In this document: piece by piece, positions 55,616-63,829 of the stretch
How positions within the stretch are numbered: position 1 is the stretch's first letter
Layout: each line of letters opens with the position of its first letter
DNA from: a virus
IMG/VR virus record: IMGVR_UViG_3300028654_000012
Location: 32,001-96,000 of that record
Length of the DNA: 64,000 nucleotides
Strand: one strand, 5' to 3'
Made by a program: the position numbers and the translations under genes
Notes under the pieces: generated by a model
Seen by the model: the letters and a program-made list of their open reading frames with translations, nothing else
Told to the model about the DNA's origin: nothing
Database searches by the model: none

Positions 55616-56478
55616 TGAATAAAACTTCTCAACAAGTTTCAGTTCTTAATAGAACATACGAAGCTATCCCTAGATACAACGAAGACTTGTCATCTCTATT
55701 AGGTTATCAAATAAGAGATGATGTCGGAGTAGATGTATTCTTTTTAGAGACGAATAAGTGGCTTACCCAACATAATCTAGAGAATGCTATCTACGAAAGG
55801 ATACTTAAATCTCATGCATCAGTTAATCCTAATACTGTTCCAGGGGGAATGATCAATCTGTTTAAAGATATCACAGAAAGATTGGAGACCTACACATCAA
55901 CTGTTCCCTTTGAAGAGTATTCTAGAATGTGTAGCTTCGTAGCCCAAGGATTTGGACTAAGTGTAGAAGAAGCGCAGACAGCTGTGTCAAACGTTATGGC
56001 AGAGTTAGGGCTAGCAGCGGGGCCTACTTCTCAAGAAGAGGAGTGGCTTGGTCAGAAGAGGACCGCTCCTTTCGGCATGCAAGATCCTGGCTTCTTAGCT
56101 CAACCTCTCTCTTATAAGGAGGTTAAACAACTCAAAACAGCTCGTACATTCGCTGAAGGTGATAAAGTTGAATTGAGATATGAAGACACTCGTGATTTAG
56201 CTACGCAAGGCCATGTATTAAAGATGAATAAGGATTCTACTTACGATGTCATGGCTAGTAACGGGGAAGTCTATCAGAATATAGATCCCAGTAAGCTTCA
56301 TGAGCCTTCTGATGAAGGGGGACGGATTGGTGGAGAGAATTACGGTTACTTCGATAGTCCCCGTAATATGGCAGTGCAACCGTTCCCTATTGTAGACAAT
56401 CCGAGTGAGTATGCTGACGCTAGAGGACAAGAAGGTAAAACAGTATCAGATGCCCCTAACCCTTCTCTGAACGAATAA
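55615..56478 (+). CDS. Hypothetical protein with an SH3/KOW-like barrel
   Basis: 'KTARTFAEGDKVELRY...GHVLKMNKDSTYDV'. Confidence 0.6.
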   Translation: MNKTSQQVSVLNRTYEAIPRYNEDLSSLLGYQIRDDVGVDVFFLETNKWLTQHNLENAIYERILKSHASVNPNTVPGGMINLFKDITERLETYTSTVPFEEYSRMCSFVAQGFGLSVEEAQTAVSNVMAELGLAAGPTSQEEEWLGQKRTAPFGMQDPGFLAQPLSYKEVKQLKTARTFAEGDKVELRYEDTRDLATQGHVLKMNKDSTYDVMASNGEVYQNIDPSKLHEPSDEGGRIGGENYGYFDSPRNMAVQPFPIVDNPSEYADARGQEGKTVSDAPNPSLNE

Positions 56479-56494
56479 TACGTCTCGTTATAAA

Positions 56495-56517
56495 GATTTG
56501 TCGGAAATGTATAATTA
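56495..56517 (+). promoter_or_regulatory. Putative promoter GATTTGTCGGA...TGTATAATTA
   Basis: Intergenic; the 11-mer recurs at 20295 and TGTAT(T)AATTA recurs at 15908, 17602 and 31451. Confidence 0.4.
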
Positions 56518-56592
56518 GTTAGAATCAAGAGCAACTTAGCGAAGAACCGATTAGTAGAGTGAGGACGCTAAAGACTCTCAAAAGAGGAAGTA

Positions 56593-57447
56593 ATGAGCAC
56601 ACCTAAAAGTTCTAACACGCCGAGTAAAGAGTTAAAAGTAGCTCGTAGACATATGGCTTTATTCGACGTGCATGTACCTCACAACATTAAGCTAGATGGT
56701 GTGATAAAGTTTATAGAAGCTTACAAACCCACGGATTTTATTATCGGAGGGGACTTTCTTAATTTAGAATGGGCTTCGCATTGGAATGAAAAAGAGTTCA
56801 AATCAATTGGGCTCGAGAAGCTTTCGGGTATGTTGAAGCAGGAATTGAATGCCGGTAAAGAAGTATTAAGACAACTAGTCTCGGCTCTACCTGAGGATTG
56901 TGATAAATATTACATCCCCGGTAACCATGAGGATTGGCTTTACTGGGCGTGTTTAACATATCCACAACTCGCGGGTGGAATTAGTTTAGGCGTAGAGCAG
57001 ATGACCTTTAAGTCGGACTTAGCAGATATTCGTAAGCATGTGCTAGCCGACCTATTAAGACAGCATCTACAGACGGACGAACTTGGAATGAAAGTTCTTC
57101 CCTTTGGTAAAGAGCTTACGTTAGGTAAGCTGACCTATATTCATGGTCACCAAGTAGGAACACTTTCCGCAATGCAGAAAAAGTTTCCTGCCCGCAATAT
57201 GGTATGCGGTCATCACCACACACATCAAGTAACAACGACACACAACTCAGGTGATGATAGAAAGGCAAATCAATATGTAATGGTACCTTGTATGTGTAAG
57301 TTATCTCCAGGGTATCTAACTGATGGTAGTACAAGATGGCTCAATGGATTCTGGGTCGCTGACGTCCTACCTTCGGGTCTTTTTGACGGTAAAGTTGTAA
57401 AAGTATTAGACAGTGCAGTAGTGCATGACGGAAAGGTGTACAAGTAA
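56593..57447 (+). CDS. Calcineurin-like metallophosphoesterase
   Basis: DVHVP, GGDFL, PGNHE, IHGH, GHHH motifs. Confidence 0.85.
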   Translation: MSTPKSSNTPSKELKVARRHMALFDVHVPHNIKLDGVIKFIEAYKPTDFIIGGDFLNLEWASHWNEKEFKSIGLEKLSGMLKQELNAGKEVLRQLVSALPEDCDKYYIPGNHEDWLYWACLTYPQLAGGISLGVEQMTFKSDLADIRKHVLADLLRQHLQTDELGMKVLPFGKELTLGKLTYIHGHQVGTLSAMQKKFPARNMVCGHHHTHQVTTTHNSGDDRKANQYVMVPCMCKLSPGYLTDGSTRWLNGFWVADVLPSGLFDGKVVKVLDSAVVHDGKVYK

Positions 57448-57471
57448 TAACGATTTAGTCAGGAGAAAAGT

Positions 57472-57642
57472 ATGTCTGAAGAGACCAAGAAGAAGTATCA
57501 TTGTGCAAATTGCCGCGAGGATAAGAAAGAAGACCTTGGGCAGATTAAGCGCACAGCCGTTGGCGAAGGCAGAACTCTAATTTTCTGTGAAGCTTGTCAG
57601 TGCTTCCTGAAGCTAGAGGAAAGCAAGCCAGCTGCGAAGTAA
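57472..57642 (+). CDS. Small zinc-ribbon protein (56 aa)
   Basis: AGGAG RBS; CANC...CEAC. Confidence 0.62.
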   Translation: MSEETKKKYHCANCREDKKEDLGQIKRTAVGEGRTLIFCEACQCFLKLEESKPAAK

Positions 57643-57672
57643 GTCGAAATTAAATAATCAGTTTTAAATCAT

Positions 57673-57717
57673 CAAGTCGAGATCTATCGGTAAGCATCGA
57701 TAGGTCTTTTTGACTTG
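57673..57717 (+). terminator. Rho-independent terminator-like hairpin
   Basis: agatctatcg/cgataggtct stem (one G-U pair) followed by a T run; outer caagtc/gacttg. Confidence 0.6.
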
Positions 57718-57752
57718 CATGAAGACGTTAAATTCACTTACAAGGCGGTAGC

Positions 57753-57962
57753 ATGTTATCTGCCAAGAAGCAGAAGTGTCCTTATTGCGCGAAGTCATCC
57801 TATTTCTATGTATATATGGATGAAGTCGAAGATAAGACCGCCATATTCACACAATGTTACAATCCTAAATGTTCACAGTATATAGACATTTGGGTTGTAC
57901 CGCACAGTAAAGTCCAGAGCACCTTAGACTCGCTAATAGGCGAAGTCTGGAAGGAAACTTAA
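57753..57962 (+). CDS. Small zinc-ribbon protein
   Basis: CPYC...CYNPKC; GGCGG RBS. Confidence 0.6.
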   Translation: MLSAKKQKCPYCAKSSYFYVYMDEVEDKTAIFTQCYNPKCSQYIDIWVVPHSKVQSTLDSLIGEVWKET

Positions 57963-57978
57963 CCCATGCGGGGATAAC

Positions 57979-58743
57979 ATGAAGTGGGCTTCTAATAAAT
58001 TCTTTAGGTTGTTCGTAATAGGCGTATTACTATTCGCCTTATATACAAAGCTGTCCAGCCCTGTCTTCATGGTTAACAGAGCAGAAGATGCTGTGGTTGT
58101 TTTACAGATCGTTAAGAATGAACAAGTAGATCCCGGACCTCTCCTGCCTACTCCTTCACATAAACACAAACATAAAAAGCATAAAGTAATCGATGTTCAA
58201 CTTGCTAAAGAGAAAAGAACATATCTTTGTGCAGGGTATGTTGCAGATGATTACGGACATATAGTAACAGCTGCTCATTGTGTGGAAGGCGGAAAGGATT
58301 TAGTATCAGTAACGGTACTATTACACGGCGAGCGTATAGGTTACCCTGCTACTCTTATCTTAAAGAGAACTCGATTAGATATAGCTCTAATTCAAGCAAA
58401 CCTTCCAGAAGGAACTCCCTACCTACACACTAAGCCAGATTACGAATGGCCCGGGACTCACCTGTGGGCTATTGGACACCCTCTAGGATTATTCTATAGT
58501 GTTAGCGACGGAGTTGTATCTGGTTACGCAGCAGGAATGTACGGATCTACCTTTATGCAGTTAACAGCACCAGTTAACCCTGGAAATTCTGGCGGACCTA
58601 TTATTAACGATAAAGGCGAAGTCATCGGAGTATGTTCCTTTATGGCTATAGCTCCGTGGGGAACTCCTGCAGCCGGCCTAAACTTCGCAGTCCCTTCACC
58701 TACTATCGATACTGTAATGTCAGGATATCTAAACCACAACTAA
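57979..58743 (+). CDS. Membrane-anchored/secreted trypsin-like serine protease (HtrA/DegS-like, no PDZ)
   Basis: N-terminal hydrophobic segment; catalytic triad motifs TAAHC, DIAL, PGNSGGP; AIGHPLG. Confidence 0.88.
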   Translation: MKWASNKFFRLFVIGVLLFALYTKLSSPVFMVNRAEDAVVVLQIVKNEQVDPGPLLPTPSHKHKHKKHKVIDVQLAKEKRTYLCAGYVADDYGHIVTAAHCVEGGKDLVSVTVLLHGERIGYPATLILKRTRLDIALIQANLPEGTPYLHTKPDYEWPGTHLWAIGHPLGLFYSVSDGVVSGYAAGMYGSTFMQLTAPVNPGNSGGPIINDKGEVIGVCSFMAIAPWGTPAAGLNFAVPSPTIDTVMSGYLNHN

Positions 58744-58744
58744 C

Positions 58745-61609
58745 ATGTCCGTAGCCTTTTACCTTAAAGAAAAGACGTTACTATTCGCTATCCGGGATTT
58801 TGAGCCGGGTACGCAACGTCTGCTTATGAGTACTTTAGATGTAAATGGTCTTATCGCAGACCTTCAAGCATTTAAAATGGTAGTAGCTCGGCATATGGAT
58901 GAACTCATTAAAGATCCTAATGAATTAGAAGCTGCTCGCCATGTGGCTTATAAGGGTCAAGTTCTCCCCCTCCTAAGAGATGAGACCAACGCTCTTAACT
59001 TCCAATACAACACCTACAAGATATACCTATCTGATTTAGGAAAAGAGGCAGCCCCTTCTAGGAAGCTCTGTATCGACTTCGATCACACCTTATCTAAAGG
59101 ACATCAGGGAGATCAGATGGATGGCCCCTTCGATGGAGCAATTGAAGCTTTACAGAAGTTAAAAGTAGAAGGTTACGAAATAGTTATTTACTCCTGTAGA
59201 GCTAATTCCGATCATGGGCGTAAGCAAATAGAGGAGTGGTTAAAGAAGTACAACTGCCCCTATGATGAAATTTTTATAGGTAAGCCTGAGGCTATGGCTT
59301 ACGTAGATGATCGCGCTATCCCTTTTAAAGGTAATTGGGCTGAAGTACTTAAAGACATAGGAGCTTCTCATGATGCCGAACTTAACAAATCTACTAGTGT
59401 TAGCATATTCTTATCTATCCCCTCTAGCACCGATAACCAACTGTCTTGCCGTGAAGGCGAGACTAGCCGCCCTCTATCTGCTAGGGAAGTAAGCTCTGCC
59501 TTCTTACCCTCTCTTCCCGGAGTAGTTTGGGAAGTACATGATGGTCCGGATATGCAGCACAGTCCTAGCACTCCTCTTGAAATGCTACACCCTGTTAATG
59601 AGTGGAATACCTACGACTCCTATACGGCTATCCACGACAAGAAGGATCCTACCGACCTACTACACTTCCTATCGCTTGAAGACATAGAGAAAAAGCCTGA
59701 TCAATCTTCTGATGCGAAAGAAGAAGATGAAGCGAATGAAGCGCAAGATAACATTGAATCTTCGCTAGGTAAACGCGATATAGCTAAGAGAGCAGCTACT
59801 AACGAAGAACATCTAGCCCATATCAAAGAGCTAGTCAATCAGCGACAATTTGAAAAGGCGGTCGCTTATCTTAATGACAATAAGCTAAACGCCCCTAAGC
59901 TTTTAAAAGACCTGGAAGATAGATCTTCTAAGGCGACTATTTTAAATAAAGAGCAAGCCCTTCTCTTGATTGAGAAAGGAAGTCAGGGAGCCCAGAGTAA
60001 CGCAGTAAAATGGCTTGCTAAAAATAATAATGTTAATGAGCTTGCTGCCGCGGTTCCTTTAGTAGCTTTCAACCCATCTGTAGCAAAAGAGATTATAGAT
60101 GTCTTTAAAGCTAACAAAAACGTAATAGTTCTTAATAGGCTATATGCTAATACCTCTATCCCGGAAGCTATACGAAGAGACATAGTTGAAATTCTAGTAG
60201 GAATAAACTACATACCTATTATAGATGAAGCTATTAAAGATGACTCTGAACAAATTAGATCTGCTGGGTATAGAGCTGCTGCCCGTCTCAAAGCAAAAGA
60301 CCATCTACTTGAAGAAGGTACAAAAGATCCTTCTGCTAAAGTTCGTAAAGAAGTATATGGTTATTTGTGGGAAGCTCAAACTCCCGCAGCAATGGATTTG
60401 TTTTATAAAGGACAAAAGGATTCAGATCCTTCTATTCAGAACTTTGTTAAAGAGAAAGTAGGTCTTTCCAAGGGACAGACAGTCGCACCTACCCCGAAGG
60501 GAGATGAATTAACTAAGAAGATGATTGAAGATGGTATAACAGATGCTGAAGAGTACTTTAAGAAACATCCTGAACTGGGTGAGAAGTTAAAAAAAGAATT
60601 AGAAGAAAGAGAGAAGACAATGCAGTACAACAGAAGTTTAGTTCCTTCTGCTCCAAAGAAGTCCTCTCTAGACAAGGAAGCTATCCAGCCTCCCGCAGGT
60701 ATGACCATGGCGATAGAGCCCGCTTTCGAATGGGGCGAGCGCGATGACGGACTATTAGCCAAGGATGTTAAGCAGTACTATGGCCGACCTAAAACGGAAT
60801 GGCGCAACAATCTAGGATTGTTACCTGAGTTCCTTAAAAAGATGGAGGACGATAAAATGGAGAAAGAAGCTGACTTCTTTCCTTCCGGAAGTTTCTTTCA
60901 ACTTAAGGATGATTTAAGAACAGCGGAAGGTAAGTTTGTTCTTCCTAAAGGTCACAAGGGCTTAGTACTCTGGAGAGACCCAACTGTTCCGAGTATCTAC
61001 GTTGTTAGATTTGAAGGCATTGAAACTAATGATGGAGATATAGGTATCCCCGAAAACATAATGGAACCTTTCGCAACTCCTAAGACTGCAGCTTCTAACG
61101 TCTATGATGACTTCGAGCAGACAGCTGTAGATGATGAACGCAGAATGGAACGCACTGAGGACGACGAAGGCGTTCTAATAATGGATCGGGATTGGATTAG
61201 CGACACCCAGACATTCCCTAGAGGAGTACCTTCGCCGCCTGCTAGATGGGTTATCAACGATGATGAGAGGGAAGGAGAAGCAGGTAAGCCGGGTGTAGGA
61301 GGTACCAAACTACGTAATGGACCTACCTACTGGGAACCTTCTCCAGGTAACTTAGATGGTATGCCTGCAGGGCAATCTTTCTCTTCTCTTACAGCTGAAG
61401 TTGATAATGACGGAGCTAGAGTAACTTGTTCATGGGATAACGAGAATTCTGAGCAAGAGATAACCGCTGCCTTAGTTAGTTTTATTAAAGTTCATCTGCC
61501 TCATGTTTTTGATAAATTTAAAAGCATTTCTTCTGAACACGTAGACTTGCCCAACCGAACTCTTGTATTAAAATTCCAGGGCGATAAGGAGCATAATGAA
61601 AAAAAGTAA
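58745..61609 (+). CDS. Multidomain protein: HAD phosphatase + HEAT-like repeats + SH3-like barrel
   Basis: CIDFDHTL...YSCR...GKP..AYVDDRA; 'DDSEQIRSAGYRAA..KDPSAKVRKEV..KDSDPSI' repeats; 'FPSGSFFQL..GHKGLVL..YVVRF'. Confidence 0.68.
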   Translation: MSVAFYLKEKTLLFAIRDFEPGTQRLLMSTLDVNGLIADLQAFKMVVARHMDELIKDPNELEAARHVAYKGQVLPLLRDETNALNFQYNTYKIYLSDLGKEAAPSRKLCIDFDHTLSKGHQGDQMDGPFDGAIEALQKLKVEGYEIVIYSCRANSDHGRKQIEEWLKKYNCPYDEIFIGKPEAMAYVDDRAIPFKGNWAEVLKDIGASHDAELNKSTSVSIFLSIPSSTDNQLSCREGETSRPLSAREVSSAFLPSLPGVVWEVHDGPDMQHSPSTPLEMLHPVNEWNTYDSYTAIHDKKDPTDLLHFLSLEDIEKKPDQSSDAKEEDEANEAQDNIESSLGKRDIAKRAATNEEHLAHIKELVNQRQFEKAVAYLNDNKLNAPKLLKDLEDRSSKATILNKEQALLLIEKGSQGAQSNAVKWLAKNNNVNELAAAVPLVAFNPSVAKEIIDVFKANKNVIVLNRLYANTSIPEAIRRDIVEILVGINYIPIIDEAIKDDSEQIRSAGYRAAARLKAKDHLLEEGTKDPSAKVRKEVYGYLWEAQTPAAMDLFYKGQKDSDPSIQNFVKEKVGLSKGQTVAPTPKGDELTKKMIEDGITDAEEYFKKHPELGEKLKKELEEREKTMQYNRSLVPSAPKKSSLDKEAIQPPAGMTMAIEPAFEWGERDDGLLAKDVKQYYGRPKTEWRNNLGLLPEFLKKMEDDKMEKEADFFPSGSFFQLKDDLRTAEGKFVLPKGHKGLVLWRDPTVPSIYVVRFEGIETNDGDIGIPENIMEPFATPKTAASNVYDDFEQTAVDDERRMERTEDDEGVLIMDRDWISDTQTFPRGVPSPPARWVINDDEREGEAGKPGVGGTKLRNGPTYWEPSPGNLDGMPAGQSFSSLTAEVDNDGARVTCSWDNENSEQEITAALVSFIKVHLPHVFDKFKSISSEHVDLPNRTLVLKFQGDKEHNEKK

Positions 61610-62270
61610 GTCGAAGCGATCAAGTGGTGCGTACCAGATTGTTCCTAAGAGTGCAGCACAAGAAGAGTACATGAGAGCGATTGATGAGTTCGACGTAGTT
61701 TTTGGAAGAGGTTCAGCCGGATCTGGAAAGACATTTTTAGCAGTGGCCGGAGCTATTAGAGCTCTGCAAGCCGGCGACGTAGACCGAATCATTATAACCA
61801 GACCTATCGTAGAGGCAGGAGAGAAGCTAGGATTCTTGCCGGGTACCTTTCAAGAAAAGGTAGACCCTTATCTTAGACCTATCTATGATGCGTTCTTTGA
61901 ATTAATGGAACCTGAAGAGTTCAAGACATGGCAAGCCCAAGGTATAATTGAGATTGCCCCTCTCGCTTACATCAGAGGTCGCACCTTTACTAGATGCTTT
62001 ATGATTTTAGATGAGGCTCAGAATACGACTCCTATGCAGATTAGAACGTTTCTAACTCGTATGGGCCAGGAATCTCAGATGGTTATTAACGGAGATCCTA
62101 CACAGATTGACTTACCTGATCATGTAGATTCAGGTTTAGAAGATGCCTTACACGTTTTAAAAGGTGTAGAAGGTATCGCTTGTATTGAGTTTAGTCCAGT
62201 AGATATCGTTAGACATGAAGTAGTTAGACGCATTGTAACTGCTTACGAGAATGATGATGCACAACCCTAA
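61596..62270 (+). CDS. phoH: PhoH-like ATPase
   Basis: GSAGSGKTFLA, RIIITRP, LGFLPG, PLAYIRGRT, LDEAQN, LTRMG, GDPTQID, IVRH. Confidence 0.95.
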   Translation: MKKSKSKRSSGAYQIVPKSAAQEEYMRAIDEFDVVFGRGSAGSGKTFLAVAGAIRALQAGDVDRIIITRPIVEAGEKLGFLPGTFQEKVDPYLRPIYDAFFELMEPEEFKTWQAQGIIEIAPLAYIRGRTFTRCFMILDEAQNTTPMQIRTFLTRMGQESQMVINGDPTQIDLPDHVDSGLEDALHVLKGVEGIACIEFSPVDIVRHEVVRRIVTAYENDDAQP

Positions 62271-63381
62271 CCCATTATCAAAGAAAGAGTTCTACAAGAC
62301 AGCTGACGTAGGAGATAGCGATTTCTCCTATGAGGAGCTAGGTCAACCGCCCGCTACCCCTCCAAAAGAGCAGACTCCTCCCACGGCAAAGGAAGAACCA
62401 AAAAAAGAAGCTCCTAAAGAAGAGGAGCCAAAACCAGAGCCCAAGAAAGAGGAAGCGCCTAAGAAAGAAGAGAAGGGTAATCACCCTCACGTCGATAAGG
62501 TCAATGGAAATCCGGGGGCCTACTGGATCCCTAACATGCAGGGATTCGAGGCATCTGCTCTGGATGCTATTAAGACAGGTGGGACCGTCTTCAAAGGAAG
62601 CGTTGCTTTCCAGGGAGACGATTGGGCGGATAACGGGGAGATGGAGATCTATCTAAACCGTGGTCCTCATAATAAACTACACGTATTACTCAATCCTCAA
62701 GGCTTCATAGATGAAGTCTCTCGAGTTGCCGAGAAGTACGACGCTGTTGCTAAGACTGAATCAGAAGGTCACGTATTCCATCCTCGTAGATGCATCCCTT
62801 TCGTACTAGAGAATATAGGTAAGAGAATTGTTGACATCTTAGGTAGTAAGCTTCGTGACGTAGGAGTGAAGTCAGGCTTAGACTTTAAGATGAAAGATTC
62901 TGCTCCCTACGCAACAGCTGTTGCAGAAGGTAGAGCTTTACTTTCTCAGGTATCCAGAGAGCTGTCAGATAAGAACAAAGAAGAAGCCAAAGCTCCTAAG
63001 ACTCGTGTAAAGAAACTTGATACAGATGGTATTCTCGAGAAGTTCTTTAACGAACTACCCGACGCTGACTGGGAAGTACATGAATCTAAGACCTTAGGTA
63101 TTAAAACCAAGACAACCTCTTTACCTCCTGAGAAGTACGCTCCTATCAAAGAAGTACTAGATGGACTTCAGGTACCTATGGGAAAAGTAGGACCTTACCA
63201 GTTTGAAAAGAGACAGGACGGGAACCTTCTAGTTATAGACACTAATGCCTATAGGTATTCGGGATGGGTAGGACCGGAGTTAACACGGCTATCCGAATTG
63301 GTGGGAGACGATCTAAGTAAGAACGCTAGCGCTGCTATAGCGGGTTTGACAAGTCGCTTCCTTTCCCCAAAAGTAAAATAA
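62251..63381 (+). CDS. Hypothetical protein with P/E/K-rich linker
   Basis: 376 aa; KEEPKKEAPKEEEPKPEPKKEEAPKKEE low-complexity region. Confidence 0.65.
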   Translation: MMMHNPNPLSKKEFYKTADVGDSDFSYEELGQPPATPPKEQTPPTAKEEPKKEAPKEEEPKPEPKKEEAPKKEEKGNHPHVDKVNGNPGAYWIPNMQGFEASALDAIKTGGTVFKGSVAFQGDDWADNGEMEIYLNRGPHNKLHVLLNPQGFIDEVSRVAEKYDAVAKTESEGHVFHPRRCIPFVLENIGKRIVDILGSKLRDVGVKSGLDFKMKDSAPYATAVAEGRALLSQVSRELSDKNKEEAKAPKTRVKKLDTDGILEKFFNELPDADWEVHESKTLGIKTKTTSLPPEKYAPIKEVLDGLQVPMGKVGPYQFEKRQDGNLLVIDTNAYRYSGWVGPELTRLSELVGDDLSKNASAAIAGLTSRFLSPKVK

Positions 63382-63829
63382 GATCAAGAGCATTCATATC
63401 TTGATCGCAGTTCTCTGCTACTCTATAAAAATCTCTAGCGGTCCTCGCTAGCTCGACTTCCAATCGAAGTGTTGCCTGAGGAGTACTAATAACATTGACG
63501 TTCCCTAATGTTCCGTAGGGCGACTCCTGGGAGGTATTCATTTCTAGATAGACTACTTCCATTGTAGAATCTACTTTATTTATTTCAGGACTGAGATATT
63601 CAGATCTATATAGGTGTATAGATCCGGTGTAGGTAGGGATGCCACTCCAGCCTTTGTAATTAGGAAGGCCGTTCCACGCTCTCGGGTACGCTCTCCTCAC
63701 TACGTTGAGAGCTATCTTGAACAGCAGAGGGTTGTGCGGTCCCACTATCTGTACTAGATAATGATTCGCTTCCTTGAACATTCTTAGCTTTAGAGGTGTT
63801 TCTTGGACGTCTACTTCCTTCAATTTCAT
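63335..63829 (-). CDS. Hypothetical protein (boundaries uncertain)
   Basis: Main unexplained ORF after 63381; overlaps neighbours at both ends. Confidence 0.4.
   Translation of the reverse strand: MKLKEVDVQETPLKLRMFKEANHYLVQIVGPHNPLLFKIALNVVRRAYPRAWNGLPNYKGWSGIPTYTGSIHLYRSEYLSPEINKVDSTMEVVYLEMNTSQESPYGTLGNVNVISTPQATLRLEVELARTARDFYRVAENCDQDMNALDLILLLGKGSDLSNPL
63382..63406. terminator. Hairpin at the point of convergent transcription
   Basis: gatcaaga (63382-63389) / tcttgatc (63399-63406), right after the last + strand stop. Confidence 0.45.

Noticed and set aside
57979-58743. Trypsin-like protease as the prohead protease cutting the K-x-A sites
   Set aside because: It has an N-terminal membrane/signal segment and an HtrA-like fold, so it is probably extracytoplasmic, whereas prohead proteases are usually cytoplasmic S21/S77/S78 or Clp types.
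4474-62946. Numerous minus-strand and nested ORFs in the track (e.g. 11251-12255, 21485-21994, 38559-38912, 49741-50115)
   Set aside because: They are shadows of well-supported + strand genes and have no motifs of their own.
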